29,085 nucleotides of DNA from positions 1 to 29,085 of IMG/VR virus record IMGVR_UViG_3300032068_000006. One strand, written 5' to 3'. This document shows, piece by piece, positions 16,635-24,147 of the stretch; position 1 is the first letter of the stretch, and every line of letters starts with the position of its first letter. The notes beneath the pieces were generated by a model that was not told where the DNA came from, did no database searches, and saw only the letters and a program-made list of their open reading frames with translations. Source of the stretch: a virus. Its lineage: Duplodnaviria > Caudoviricetes. Both the position numbers and the translations under genes were made by a program.

Positions 16635-17255
16635 CTAGTTCAGGCCGAAGATCATGTAGTTCGTCAGGGTCAGCGTCGGCGAGCCGGTCGTCGCCGACCA
16701 CCACCCGAACAGGTCAAGGTAGTAGGCGTTGGTGTTGGTGATCGTCACCCCGGTCTGCGGGGCGCCGATCATCGTCACCCCGGCGGCGCTGGTGGCGCCG
16801 TTGGAGGCGAACGTGGGCGCCGCGGCGTTGTTGCCGGGGCCCCAGAACACGTGCCCGACCGCGTTCAGTTTCGAGTTCGCGCCGGTGCCGAGCGCGGAGC
16901 ACGTGACGAGCAGCTCGAACTCCCAGCAGCCGTTGGTGATCGATACGACGGGGGTGATCGCACCGGTTTGCGCCATCACGGTGAGCTGCGTGCCGGCGGT
17001 GGTGTCCAGGTACCAGGCGAGGGTGATCGTGTCGGCCGTGCTGCCGAGGGTGAAGTTGCCGCCGCCTTTGATCAGCAGGCTCTTCCCGAGGCCGGTGCCG
17101 GACTGCTGCGTGAAATACGCCGCGGGCAGCTGGTAGGGCAGCAGTGTCGTCGAGTTCGCCGACAGGATCGACGTTGTCGCTGTCGCGGTTACCGCCGGCG
17201 CCGACCCAGGCATCGCGTAAAGCAGCTCGCACTGCGTGCCGGTGTAGAAACTCAT
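16635..17255 (-). CDS. Hypothetical beta-rich structural protein
   Basis: 206 aa, ATG with AGGAAGG RBS, Thr/Gly/Ala-rich with alternating beta-strand pattern; upstream of the large appendage gene. Confidence 0.7.
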   Translation of the reverse strand: MSFYTGTQCELLYAMPGSAPAVTATATTSILSANSTTLLPYQLPAAYFTQQSGTGLGKSLLIKGGGNFTLGSTADTITLAWYLDTTAGTQLTVMAQTGAITPVVSITNGCWEFELLVTCSALGTGANSKLNAVGHVFWGPGNNAAAPTFASNGATSAAGVTMIGAPQTGVTITNTNAYYLDLFGWWSATTGSPTLTLTNYMIFGLN

Positions 17256-17284
17256 GTACGGAACCTTCCTGGGAGTGTTGTGCC

Positions 17285-18589
17285 ATGCGGATATTGCTCG
17301 GCTATACCGATGAGGGCCTGCACCCGGACACCGCCGCGCGGATGGCCGCGGTGCCGGGGGTGGAGATGGTGGACGTCTCCGCCGACGACTTCGCCTACTG
17401 GCGTGCCCTGGAGGAACGGTGGACCGGGGACTGCGACCTGCTGGTCGTCGAGCAGGACATGGTCATCCACGACCAGGTGATCCCGCAGCTGGAGGCGTGC
17501 CCCGGCGACTGGTGCACGTTCGGTTACCCGATTTTCAACTCGCGGCAGCGGCTCATCCAGGGCCTCGGCTGCACCCGGTTCTCCGCCGCGCTGCAGCGGA
17601 AAGTCCCCGCCGCCGAGTTCGCCGCCGACGGGGCGCTGCGGCACATCACCGAACCGGGCCTGTCCGGGGTGCCGTGGCAGTTCCTCGACCTGGTCATCGC
17701 CGAGCGGCTGCGCGTCGGGCACGGGCTGCGGCCGTGTGTCCATGCCCCCGATGTGGAGCACCGCCACGATTACAGCGGCCCCCCGGCGCTGCCGGGGGCG
17801 CGCGGGCTGCGGCATCCAGGCGAAGACACCGGCGACCCCGCTGACAGTCCTCTCGCCGTCTACCACCGGGAAGTGCCCGTCGTGCACAAACCGCGGCAGC
17901 CGCCGGCGATCCAGGTGTACGGGGCGGCGCTGACCCCGGTGCGCTCACCCGATGACGCGGCGCGGCTCGCGAACGCGCTGAGCCAGCGGTACCTGCATCC
18001 GGACGGCAGCCCGCGGGATCTTCCGGCGCAGATCGACGCCGGCCGCCCGGCGGCGCTGCGGTTCGCCACGGACAAGGTCGCCCAGGGGTACCTGCCCGCG
18101 TACCTGGGCATCGCCGCCGCCGTCGGCACCTCCGGGCGGGTGTGCGAGGCCGGCGTGTGGACAGGTGAATCGCTGCGCATGTGGCAGGCGCTGTTCCCCG
18201 GCGGCATCGTCGCCGGCGTGGACATCGACGGCACCGCGCTGTGGCCGCATGAGACGGTGAAGATCGTCGCCGCCCAGGACGACCCGGGGCTGCCCGCCGC
18301 GCTGGCCGGCGTCTCCCCCGGCGGGTGGGACATCATCGTTGACGACGCATCCCACCGCGGGGACCTGACGCGCCGCACCTGGGAACTGCTGTGGCCGCTG
18401 GTGGTGCCCGGCGGGTGGTATGTGGTGGAGGACTGGTTCGTCGGCTTCGGGAACCATCCATTGTTCCCCGGCGACCATTCGATGCTGCGCACCGCCGAGT
18501 CGTTCCTGCAACTGCTGGCCGCGCCGGGCGGCGAGGTGGAGTCGGTGACCTACCGGTACGGGATGATCATCCTGCGCAAAGTCAGGTGA
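17285..18589 (+). CDS. Fusion of GT-A-like glycosyltransferase domain and class I SAM-dependent (sugar O-)methyltransferase
   Basis: Start trimmed to ATG 17285 (GGGAG RBS at 17271-17275), 434 aa. N-part has LLVVEQDMVIHD, GLGCTRFS and VEHRH. C-part has ATDK..GYLPAY, VCEAGVWTGESLRMW, GVDID, DIIVDDASH and PGGWYVVEDW, as in MycE/TylE-type sugar O-methyltransferases. Confidence 0.8.
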   Translation: MRILLGYTDEGLHPDTAARMAAVPGVEMVDVSADDFAYWRALEERWTGDCDLLVVEQDMVIHDQVIPQLEACPGDWCTFGYPIFNSRQRLIQGLGCTRFSAALQRKVPAAEFAADGALRHITEPGLSGVPWQFLDLVIAERLRVGHGLRPCVHAPDVEHRHDYSGPPALPGARGLRHPGEDTGDPADSPLAVYHREVPVVHKPRQPPAIQVYGAALTPVRSPDDAARLANALSQRYLHPDGSPRDLPAQIDAGRPAALRFATDKVAQGYLPAYLGIAAAVGTSGRVCEAGVWTGESLRMWQALFPGGIVAGVDIDGTALWPHETVKIVAAQDDPGLPAALAGVSPGGWDIIVDDASHRGDLTRRTWELLWPLVVPGGWYVVEDWFVGFGNHPLFPGDHSMLRTAESFLQLLAAPGGEVESVTYRYGMIILRKVR

Positions 18590-19040
18590 TCGTGAACTGC
18601 AAGATCCCCGACCCCGACCAGACAACGGTGAACGTCCCGGCGGTCACGGACTGCGACCCGCCGAAGTAGTTCCAGCAGAACGCGTTCTTCGCCGCGAGAG
18701 TGTTGTCGTACACCAGGCACCCGAACACCGCCGTCAGCGTCGCGTTGTTTCCCGACGCCGTGTTCGCCGCGCCGATCTGCGCCGTCCCGGACCCGAAAGT
18801 GTTCGTCTTGCTGGCAAGCGCCACCCCGCCAGCGGCCCACTGCCCGGCCTGGGATATCTCGTTACCCGCCCACGTGCCCGCCGCGTACGCGTTGTTAGCG
18901 AACGTGTCGTTCTTGTTCGGCGTCACCGAGTTGTTGTACAGGGCAACGTTGACCGTGTCGCCGGTGTAGGTGAGCGCCGCGGCGGGGGCGAAGAAGTTGC
19001 TCACCATCGCGGCGGAAATGTTCGACGTTGCCCAGGCCAT
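18582..19040 (-). CDS. Hypothetical phage structural protein (beta-rich)
   Basis: 152 aa with GGAAGG RBS. VALYNNSVTP...NEIS...AAGGVALASKT...FGGSQSVTAGTFTVVWSGSGI is a pattern common in phage virion modules. Confidence 0.7.
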   Translation of the reverse strand: MAWATSNISAAMVSNFFAPAAALTYTGDTVNVALYNNSVTPNKNDTFANNAYAAGTWAGNEISQAGQWAAGGVALASKTNTFGSGTAQIGAANTASGNNATLTAVFGCLVYDNTLAAKNAFCWNYFGGSQSVTAGTFTVVWSGSGILQFTIT

Positions 19041-19043
19041 CGA

Positions 19044-19355
19044 TCAGCCTTCCTGTTGAGCGGACGCGGCGGCGGGAAAAACGGCACAGTCCTGGCCATC
19101 GTCACGGGTAGTTACAACTGACATCACGGGACGCCCGTCCTGGTCGGTGCGCAGCCCCAGCTCGCCGGCCGCGTAGTCTTCCCGGTCCCGCGCCTCGACC
19201 TTGCACCGGGTTCCCGCTTCCACGTAGGGGGCGAGGATTCCCCGCAGCCCCGGGCACTCGTGGAACGGCAACTGCGCCCCCGTGCCAGCGGTGACATGCG
19301 TGGCAGGGCAGTTCGGGCATTCCCACCGCGTCTGCGCCCGGAGGAGGGGAATCAA
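19044..19355 (-). CDS. Hypothetical protein with CxxC...HxC cluster
   Basis: 103 aa, TTG start, tiles between neighbours with 3-4 nt gaps. WECPNC...FHECPG...REDY...DCAVF. Confidence 0.65.
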   Translation of the reverse strand: MIPLLRAQTRWECPNCPATHVTAGTGAQLPFHECPGLRGILAPYVEAGTRCKVEARDREDYAAGELGLRTDQDGRPVMSVVTTRDDGQDCAVFPAAASAQQEG

Positions 19356-19359
19356 CCGT

Positions 19360-19644
19360 TCATCCTTTCCCCGGCTTGTCGCCGAGGTACAGGTGGTACC
19401 GCTTGGTGATCGTTTCTTTCGCCGGCGGGTCCGGGTGGTGCCGGTGGCACACCACGAACGGGGTGCCGTCCACCGGGAGGTGCCCGACGCGCCAGCACCC
19501 GGGCTGGTGGCAGTTGTGCTTCCTGGCGGTCACGTACGCGTTCAGGCCCAGGCTGCCGCCGACGACCAGCACCCCGAACAGCCCCGAGTAGAACAGGTAG
19601 AACGCGCTGTTGCCGGAGTCGGTGCCGAGCCAGTGATGCCACAC
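19360..19644 (-). CDS. Small membrane protein with Cys/His-rich C-terminal domain
   Basis: 94 aa. TM segment AFYLFYSGLFGVLVVGGSLGL, then HNCHQPGCWRVGH...CHRHHP. Confidence 0.65.
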   Translation of the reverse strand: MWHHWLGTDSGNSAFYLFYSGLFGVLVVGGSLGLNAYVTARKHNCHQPGCWRVGHLPVDGTPFVVCHRHHPDPPAKETITKRYHLYLGDKPGKG

Positions 19645-19854
19645 TCAGCCGTTTGCCGTCCGCTGGGTTTTCCGGGACTTCGGCGGGACGCGTTCTTCCA
19701 CGCCGGTGTCCTTCACCGCGACCGGGACCGCGCTGCCCTGCGCGCACAGCCCGGCGCCTTCCTCGTCGGGGACGTCGAAGTCCTCGCCGACGCGCGGCCA
19801 CGGCCGGCCGTCGTACCGGCCGCCGGACCGGTGCTCGGTCATGCGGATCTTCAT
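19645..19854 (-). CDS. Small hypothetical head-associated protein
   Basis: 3' end of track ORF 19645..20568. ATG 19854 overlaps the GT stop (ATGA). MKIRMTEHRSGGRYDGRPWPRVGEDFDVPDEEGAGLCAQGSAVPV resembles the small genes that usually follow actinophage capsid genes. Confidence 0.65.
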   Translation of the reverse strand: MKIRMTEHRSGGRYDGRPWPRVGEDFDVPDEEGAGLCAQGSAVPVAVKDTGVEERVPPKSRKTQRTANG

Positions 19855-20861
19855 CTCACCATCAGCCCCTCGTAGGCGTCCGCCCACAGCTTCCAGCCCT
19901 GCTCGATCGTCCAGGCCCGCGCCTGCTCTTTCGCCTTCGCGCCCATTGACCGGCGCAGCCCCTCGTCGCCGGCGAGTTCTTCGAGGTATTTCAGCCATTC
20001 GTGGTCCTGCCGGACCAGGAACCCGGTCACCCCGTGCAACACGAACCGGTTGTACGGTTCGGCGTCGGAGGCGATCACCGGGATGCCCCGCGCCGCGTAC
20101 TCCAGCGCTTTGATGTGGGACTTGGACCGGTTGAACACGTTCAGCTGCAACGGTGCCAGGCCGATGTCCCAGTCGATCGCCGTGTAAAACGCTTCCGGGG
20201 CGTCGGTGACGTGCACCCACGGCACGTACCCGCACCGCTCGTGCCGGACGGCGTTCCGGTAGTCGGCGCCGATCATCACCGCGTCCCACCCGGGGTGCCG
20301 GTTCAGGAACTCCCGCACCGGGCGGCCGATCAGGCGGATGTCGGTGCCGTGGGACGCGCCGCCGTGCCATCCGACCGCGGGCCGTTCCCCCGCCGGGGCG
20401 GGGAGGTCCAAAACCCACCCGGGGATGTGGTTGGGCAGGACGGCCACGTTCGCCGCGTACTCCCGCATCACCTCCGCCAGCGGTTCCGTGCTGACGGTTA
20501 CCAGGTCGGCGGTTTGCGCGGCGTGGACGACCGCGTCGCGGACCTCGGGGCGGGAGAACTGCTGCCATGACGCGAAGTTCACCGGCTCGATGCTGAACAT
20601 GTCGTCATCGAGCTCGTACACCAGTTTCGACCGCAGCGCCTGCCGCCGCCACACCCCCAGCCCGGCGTGGTTGTCCCACTTTTGCGCGACGATCACGTCG
20701 TGGCCGGCCATCGCCTGCCTGGTGGCGCCCTTGCCGCCGTCCCGTTTGCTCGAGGAGACGGCGGTTGTCTCGTACCCGTGTTTCGCCAGTTCGGCGAACG
20801 GGAGGATCACCCGGTACCAGGCGCACCCGGAGCCGCCGTCGTGGCCGCCGAAGATCCGCAT
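19851..20861 (-). CDS. Glycosyltransferase, GT-B fold (GT4-like)
   Basis: Start trimmed to ATG 20861 (TGATG overlap), 336 aa. SGCAWYRV, VYELDDD, ADLVTVSTEPLA, VGWHGG..H, DIGLAPL..FNRSKSHIKALEYAARGIPVIASD. Confidence 0.85.
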   Translation of the reverse strand: MRIFGGHDGGSGCAWYRVILPFAELAKHGYETTAVSSSKRDGGKGATRQAMAGHDVIVAQKWDNHAGLGVWRRQALRSKLVYELDDDMFSIEPVNFASWQQFSRPEVRDAVVHAAQTADLVTVSTEPLAEVMREYAANVAVLPNHIPGWVLDLPAPAGERPAVGWHGGASHGTDIRLIGRPVREFLNRHPGWDAVMIGADYRNAVRHERCGYVPWVHVTDAPEAFYTAIDWDIGLAPLQLNVFNRSKSHIKALEYAARGIPVIASDAEPYNRFVLHGVTGFLVRQDHEWLKYLEELAGDEGLRRSMGAKAKEQARAWTIEQGWKLWADAYEGLMVR

Positions 20862-21517
20862 CAGATGTCCGCCGACGAGTGGTGCCAGTGGACGGTGATC
20901 TCGGGCACGAACTCCCACCGGGCCCCGGCAGCGACCCACCGGGCGATCAGGTCCCAGTCGGCGTCGCCGCCCCACCGCCAGTTCGCCGTGCGCAGCAGTT
21001 CCGCCTTGTGCACCAGGGCGTTGCCGTCGATGCGCCCGTGCGCGGGGGTGCCGTCGCCGATCACGTCCCACGGCTTCCCGTCCAGGTGCCGGCGCATCTG
21101 CGTATACGCGAAGTCCGCGCCGCCGGCGAGGGCTTTCGCGCAGGTGCCCAGGTGGTCCGGGAGGTATTCGACGTCGGAGTCGAGGTAGGCGATGTGCTCA
21201 CCCGCGGCCAGGTACGTGCCGGCCAGCGCGGCGGACACCGCCCGGGAACCCCGCGCGCCGCGGGCACCCGGGGAACCGGGAGGCTGCCCTGCGGTGTCAC
21301 CGCCGAGGAAGGAGTGCCAGTTCCGCCCCAGCTCGGCGAACACCCGCAGCCCCGCGGGCCCGTAACCCAGGTTCCGCAGCCGGCCGCGCAGCTGCGGGTC
21401 CGGGCCGTCCGCGACGATGACATGCTGCCAGTCCACGTGCACCTGGCCGTCGAGGGACGCGATGGCCCGGCGCAGGTCCGGCCACTGCCGGTACGTGGGG
21501 GTGATAACGGAGATCAC
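20861..21517 (-). CDS. Glycosyltransferase family 2 (GT-A)
   Basis: 218 aa. ISVITPTY, VIVADG, GEHIAYLDSD (DxD) and ADWDL. Confidence 0.85.
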   Translation of the reverse strand: MISVITPTYRQWPDLRRAIASLDGQVHVDWQHVIVADGPDPQLRGRLRNLGYGPAGLRVFAELGRNWHSFLGGDTAGQPPGSPGARGARGSRAVSAALAGTYLAAGEHIAYLDSDVEYLPDHLGTCAKALAGGADFAYTQMRRHLDGKPWDVIGDGTPAHGRIDGNALVHKAELLRTANWRWGGDADWDLIARWVAAGARWEFVPEITVHWHHSSADI

Positions 21518-21975
21518 GGGGCCAGCTTGTCGCAGCGCATCACGTCGATCACGTGCCCGTTCCTGGCGATGGTGCCAGTGACCTGGTACCCGATGCGGCG
21601 GCAGATCTTCTGCTGCCCCGCGTTGTCCTGCCGCACCTCCGCGTGCATGGGCACCCCGCGGGCGTGGGCACGGCGGACGTTCTCAATGGTGACCGCCTCC
21701 CCGAAACCCTCACCGCGCCGGTCCGCTTTCACCCCGGTGGACGACCAGGCGCGGCCCTCCTCGTCCCAGATGAGCAGCCCGTACGCGACCGGCTCGTCGT
21801 CGAACATGAGGAAGCCCTCCACCTTCCCGGTGGCGATCTTCTGCTCGTAGAACGCCCGCTGCTGCCCCGGGGTGATCTGCGCGGTGTCCCGGGTCATCCA
21901 CTCGGCGCACTCGTTCCGCAAAACCCGCAGCACTTCGGCGGCTTCCAGGCCGTCGATGACACCGAACGTGATCAT
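21514..21975 (-). CDS. GNAT N-acetyltransferase (PseH-like NDP-aminosugar acetyltransferase candidate)
   Basis: Start trimmed to ATG 21975 (ATGA overlap), 153 aa. RRGEGFG acetyl-CoA motif and EVRQDNAGQQKICRRIGY. N-terminal LRNECAEWMT...ITPGQQRAFY resembles PseH-type enzymes. Confidence 0.75.
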   Translation of the reverse strand: MITFGVIDGLEAAEVLRVLRNECAEWMTRDTAQITPGQQRAFYEQKIATGKVEGFLMFDDEPVAYGLLIWDEEGRAWSSTGVKADRRGEGFGEAVTIENVRRAHARGVPMHAEVRQDNAGQQKICRRIGYQVTGTIARNGHVIDVMRCDKLAP

Positions 21976-23099
21976 CGCTTCTCCGCGAACTCGGTCACCG
22001 CGCCCGCGACCGCGCGCCGGTCGGCCTCGGTGAGGGCCCAGTGGACGGGGATGCAGCATTCCCGCTCGAAGAACTCGTCCACGCCGGGCAGCGGCCCGGC
22101 GGCGTACTCCCGGAAACAGGTGAGGCGGTTGAGCCGCCCGTGCACCCGCGACACCTGAATGCCCGCGGCGCGCATGAAGGCCTGGAACGCGGCCCGCTGG
22201 CCCCCGTCGCGCCACAGCAGCGTGTACAGCCACCACGCGCCCTCCGAGTACCGCCGCGCCGGCGCGGCCTGCACAAGGCCGCACAGCGCGTCGTCGTAGA
22301 ACGCGGCGTTGCCCCGGTGCGCGGCCAGGATGCCCGGCAGGTGGCGCAGCTGGGCGAGGCCGATCGTCGCGGCGACGTCGTTCATGTGGAACTTGTAACC
22401 CCAGTCGCCGATGTCGGCGGCGACGCGGGCGTCGGCCTGCTCGGCGTCCCGGTCGATGCCGTACCAGCGCAGCAGTTTCCCCCGCCGGTAGTTTCCCGCG
22501 TCCCGGGTGGTGAGGATGCCGCCGTCGATGGTGGTGATGTGCTTGATCGCCTGCAGGGAGAAGCAGGTGAAGTCCGCCGCCGGTGACCCGACGGGTTCAC
22601 CGGCCCACTGGGCGCCGAGGGCGTGCGCGGCATCGACGATCACCGGGATGCCGTGCCGGGCACCCAGGTCCATGAGGGCGGTCATGTCGCACGGCTGCCC
22701 GCCCCAGTGCACCGCTAGCACCGCCCGCGTGTCCGGGGCCAGTTTCCGTTCGGCGTCCAGCGGGTCGATGTTCCCCGTCGCGGGGTCGATGTCCGCCCAC
22801 ACCGGCCGCGCGCCCTCCGCGAGGACCGGCAGCACGGTGGCCGCGCAGGTCATCGGCGTGGTGACCACGCTGCCGCCGCGGGCACCGGCGAGGCGCAGCG
22901 CCAGTTGCAGCGCCGACGTGCCCGAGTTCACGGCGAGGACGTTCCGGTTCCCTGCCACCGGCGCCAGGGCCGCCTCGAACTCTTCGACCTTCGGGCCCTG
23001 CCCCACCTGCCCGCTGTACAGGACATCCCGCAGCGCGGGCAGGAGTTCCTCCTCCGGGGGCATGTGCACCCGGAACAGGGGGATCAGGTTTGCTGCCAA
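21972..23099 (-). CDS. DegT/DnrJ/EryC1/StrS family PLP-dependent NDP-sugar aminotransferase
   Basis: 375 aa. GPKVEEFE, NSGTSALQLAL, VHWGG, VDAAHALG, FSLQAIKHITTIDGG (PLP lysine) and GYKFHMNDVAATIG. Confidence 0.92.
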   Translation of the reverse strand: MAANLIPLFRVHMPPEEELLPALRDVLYSGQVGQGPKVEEFEAALAPVAGNRNVLAVNSGTSALQLALRLAGARGGSVVTTPMTCAATVLPVLAEGARPVWADIDPATGNIDPLDAERKLAPDTRAVLAVHWGGQPCDMTALMDLGARHGIPVIVDAAHALGAQWAGEPVGSPAADFTCFSLQAIKHITTIDGGILTTRDAGNYRRGKLLRWYGIDRDAEQADARVAADIGDWGYKFHMNDVAATIGLAQLRHLPGILAAHRGNAAFYDDALCGLVQAAPARRYSEGAWWLYTLLWRDGGQRAAFQAFMRAAGIQVSRVHGRLNRLTCFREYAAGPLPGVDEFFERECCIPVHWALTEADRRAVAGAVTEFAEKR

Positions 23100-23269
23100 G
23101 GGCCGCCGCCGGGGTCGCCGTAGTCCGTGCGGAACAGGGCTTCCGACCCGCCGGGGACGTCGTCGGCGACTTTCGCCCAGCCGCCGGCATCGCCGGACCC
23201 GTCGGAGGTGTCATACGGCTGCCAGTCACGCCCCGGGGGGCTGACGATCGGGTCCGGTGCGTCAGGCAC
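23084..23269 (-). CDS. Small acidic Gly/Pro/Asp-rich hypothetical protein
   Basis: GTG 23269 with GGAAGGGG upstream. 61 aa (VPDAPDPIVSPPGRDWQPYDTSDG...GGPWQQT); overlaps both neighbours. Confidence 0.55.
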   Translation of the reverse strand: MPDAPDPIVSPPGRDWQPYDTSDGSGDAGGWAKVADDVPGGSEALFRTDYGDPGGGPWQQT

Positions 23270-23522
23270 TGGGGGTCCCCTTCCACGACACCGGCGACGG
23301 CGAATACGAGGTGTCGATGCGCCGCGGCGGGGAGCCGACCGCCACATCCTCCATCGGCCCCACCGCCGGGTCCGCCGCCTCTTTCGCGGTGGGCATCGGG
23401 TCCACCGGCACCGACCCCGGCGCCGACATCGCGTTCTCGTTCGAGCTGGTGGTGTTCCCGCCGGACATCGACGACACCCACAACGACGTCTTCGCCAGGG
23501 GCAGCCCGGACAGGTCCTGCAT
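23262..23522 (-). CDS. Small Ser/Pro-rich hypothetical protein
   Basis: 86 aa; ATG overlaps the upstream stop (TAATG). Confidence 0.6.
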   Translation of the reverse strand: MQDLSGLPLAKTSLWVSSMSGGNTTSSNENAMSAPGSVPVDPMPTAKEAADPAVGPMEDVAVGSPPRRIDTSYSPSPVSWKGTPSA

Positions 23523-24058
23523 TACGGCTGCACCGCCCGGCCGCCGCGCAGCACCCGGCCGCCCCCGGCGCCGGTGCCGTCGGGCATGTTCCCCGCGATA
23601 CCGGGCAGCTGCGGGCCGCCGCCGTACGACCCGTCGATCGCCTGCGTCCAGTCGTTATGACCGGAAATGTTGTCCTGCACGGTGTCGGTCTTGTTCGTCC
23701 CCGAGATCGCCGACCCCGGCCGCGTGTACGTGATCGTGTCAGCGCCGCCCGGCAGGTTCTGCGCGCCCATGCTGCCGGGGGAGCCGGTGTCCGCGGTCTG
23801 CGCCGGGGTCAGCCCGGAGATCCCCTCGTAGTTCTGCCCGTCCTCCAGCGTCGGGTCGGGCTGGTTCGCCGCGCCGGGGCCGCCGGGGGCACCGGTGCCC
23901 TGCGGGAGCGCGACGCCGAACAGGGAATCCGCGTAGTTCCCCGGTTCCAGCGTCGGGTCCAGGCCGGCGATCTTCACGCCGGTCGCGGCCTGCGGCGGCG
24001 ACTGGCTCTCGTCGCTACCGCCACCATCGGGCGTCTGATGCGGAGGCAGGTTCGCCAT
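23522..24058 (-). CDS. Low-complexity Gly/Pro/Thr/Asp-rich protein following the capsid gene
   Basis: 178 aa, GGAAGGGA RBS, internal repeat DPTLE(P/D)G.NY twice, predicted largely disordered. Confidence 0.7.
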   Translation of the reverse strand: MANLPPHQTPDGGGSDESQSPPQAATGVKIAGLDPTLEPGNYADSLFGVALPQGTGAPGGPGAANQPDPTLEDGQNYEGISGLTPAQTADTGSPGSMGAQNLPGGADTITYTRPGSAISGTNKTDTVQDNISGHNDWTQAIDGSYGGGPQLPGIAGNMPDGTGAGGGRVLRGGRAVQP

Positions 24059-24094
24059 CGGGTTATCCCTTCCACTGGAACAGGGTTAGCTTGC

Positions 24095-24138
24095 CTGGCG
24101 CGCGCCCCGCGCACCCATGAACCCGGGGCGCGCGCCAG
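24095..24138 (-). terminator. GC-rich hairpin downstream of the capsid gene (terminator/attenuator or mRNA stabiliser)
   Basis: Perfect 15-bp inverted repeat CTGGCGCGCGCCCCG (24095-24109) / CGGGGCGCGCGCCAG (24124-24138) with a 14-nt loop, 9 nt after the capsid stop; no U-tract. Confidence 0.65.
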
Positions 24139-24147
24139 CGTTGGGGG

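Noticed and set aside
9841-23099. Sugar genes as a DNA hypermodification system
   Set aside because: They are interleaved with late structural genes, and no base-hydroxylating or nucleotide-modifying enzymes are in the window. Less favoured, but not excluded because the rest of the genome is unseen.
9841-23099. Sugar genes as a host serotype-conversion cassette or captured host polysaccharide locus
   Set aside because: No flippase, polymerase, polyprenol-linked or multi-TM GT is present. The genes are scattered among and coupled to virion genes rather than forming one inserted block.
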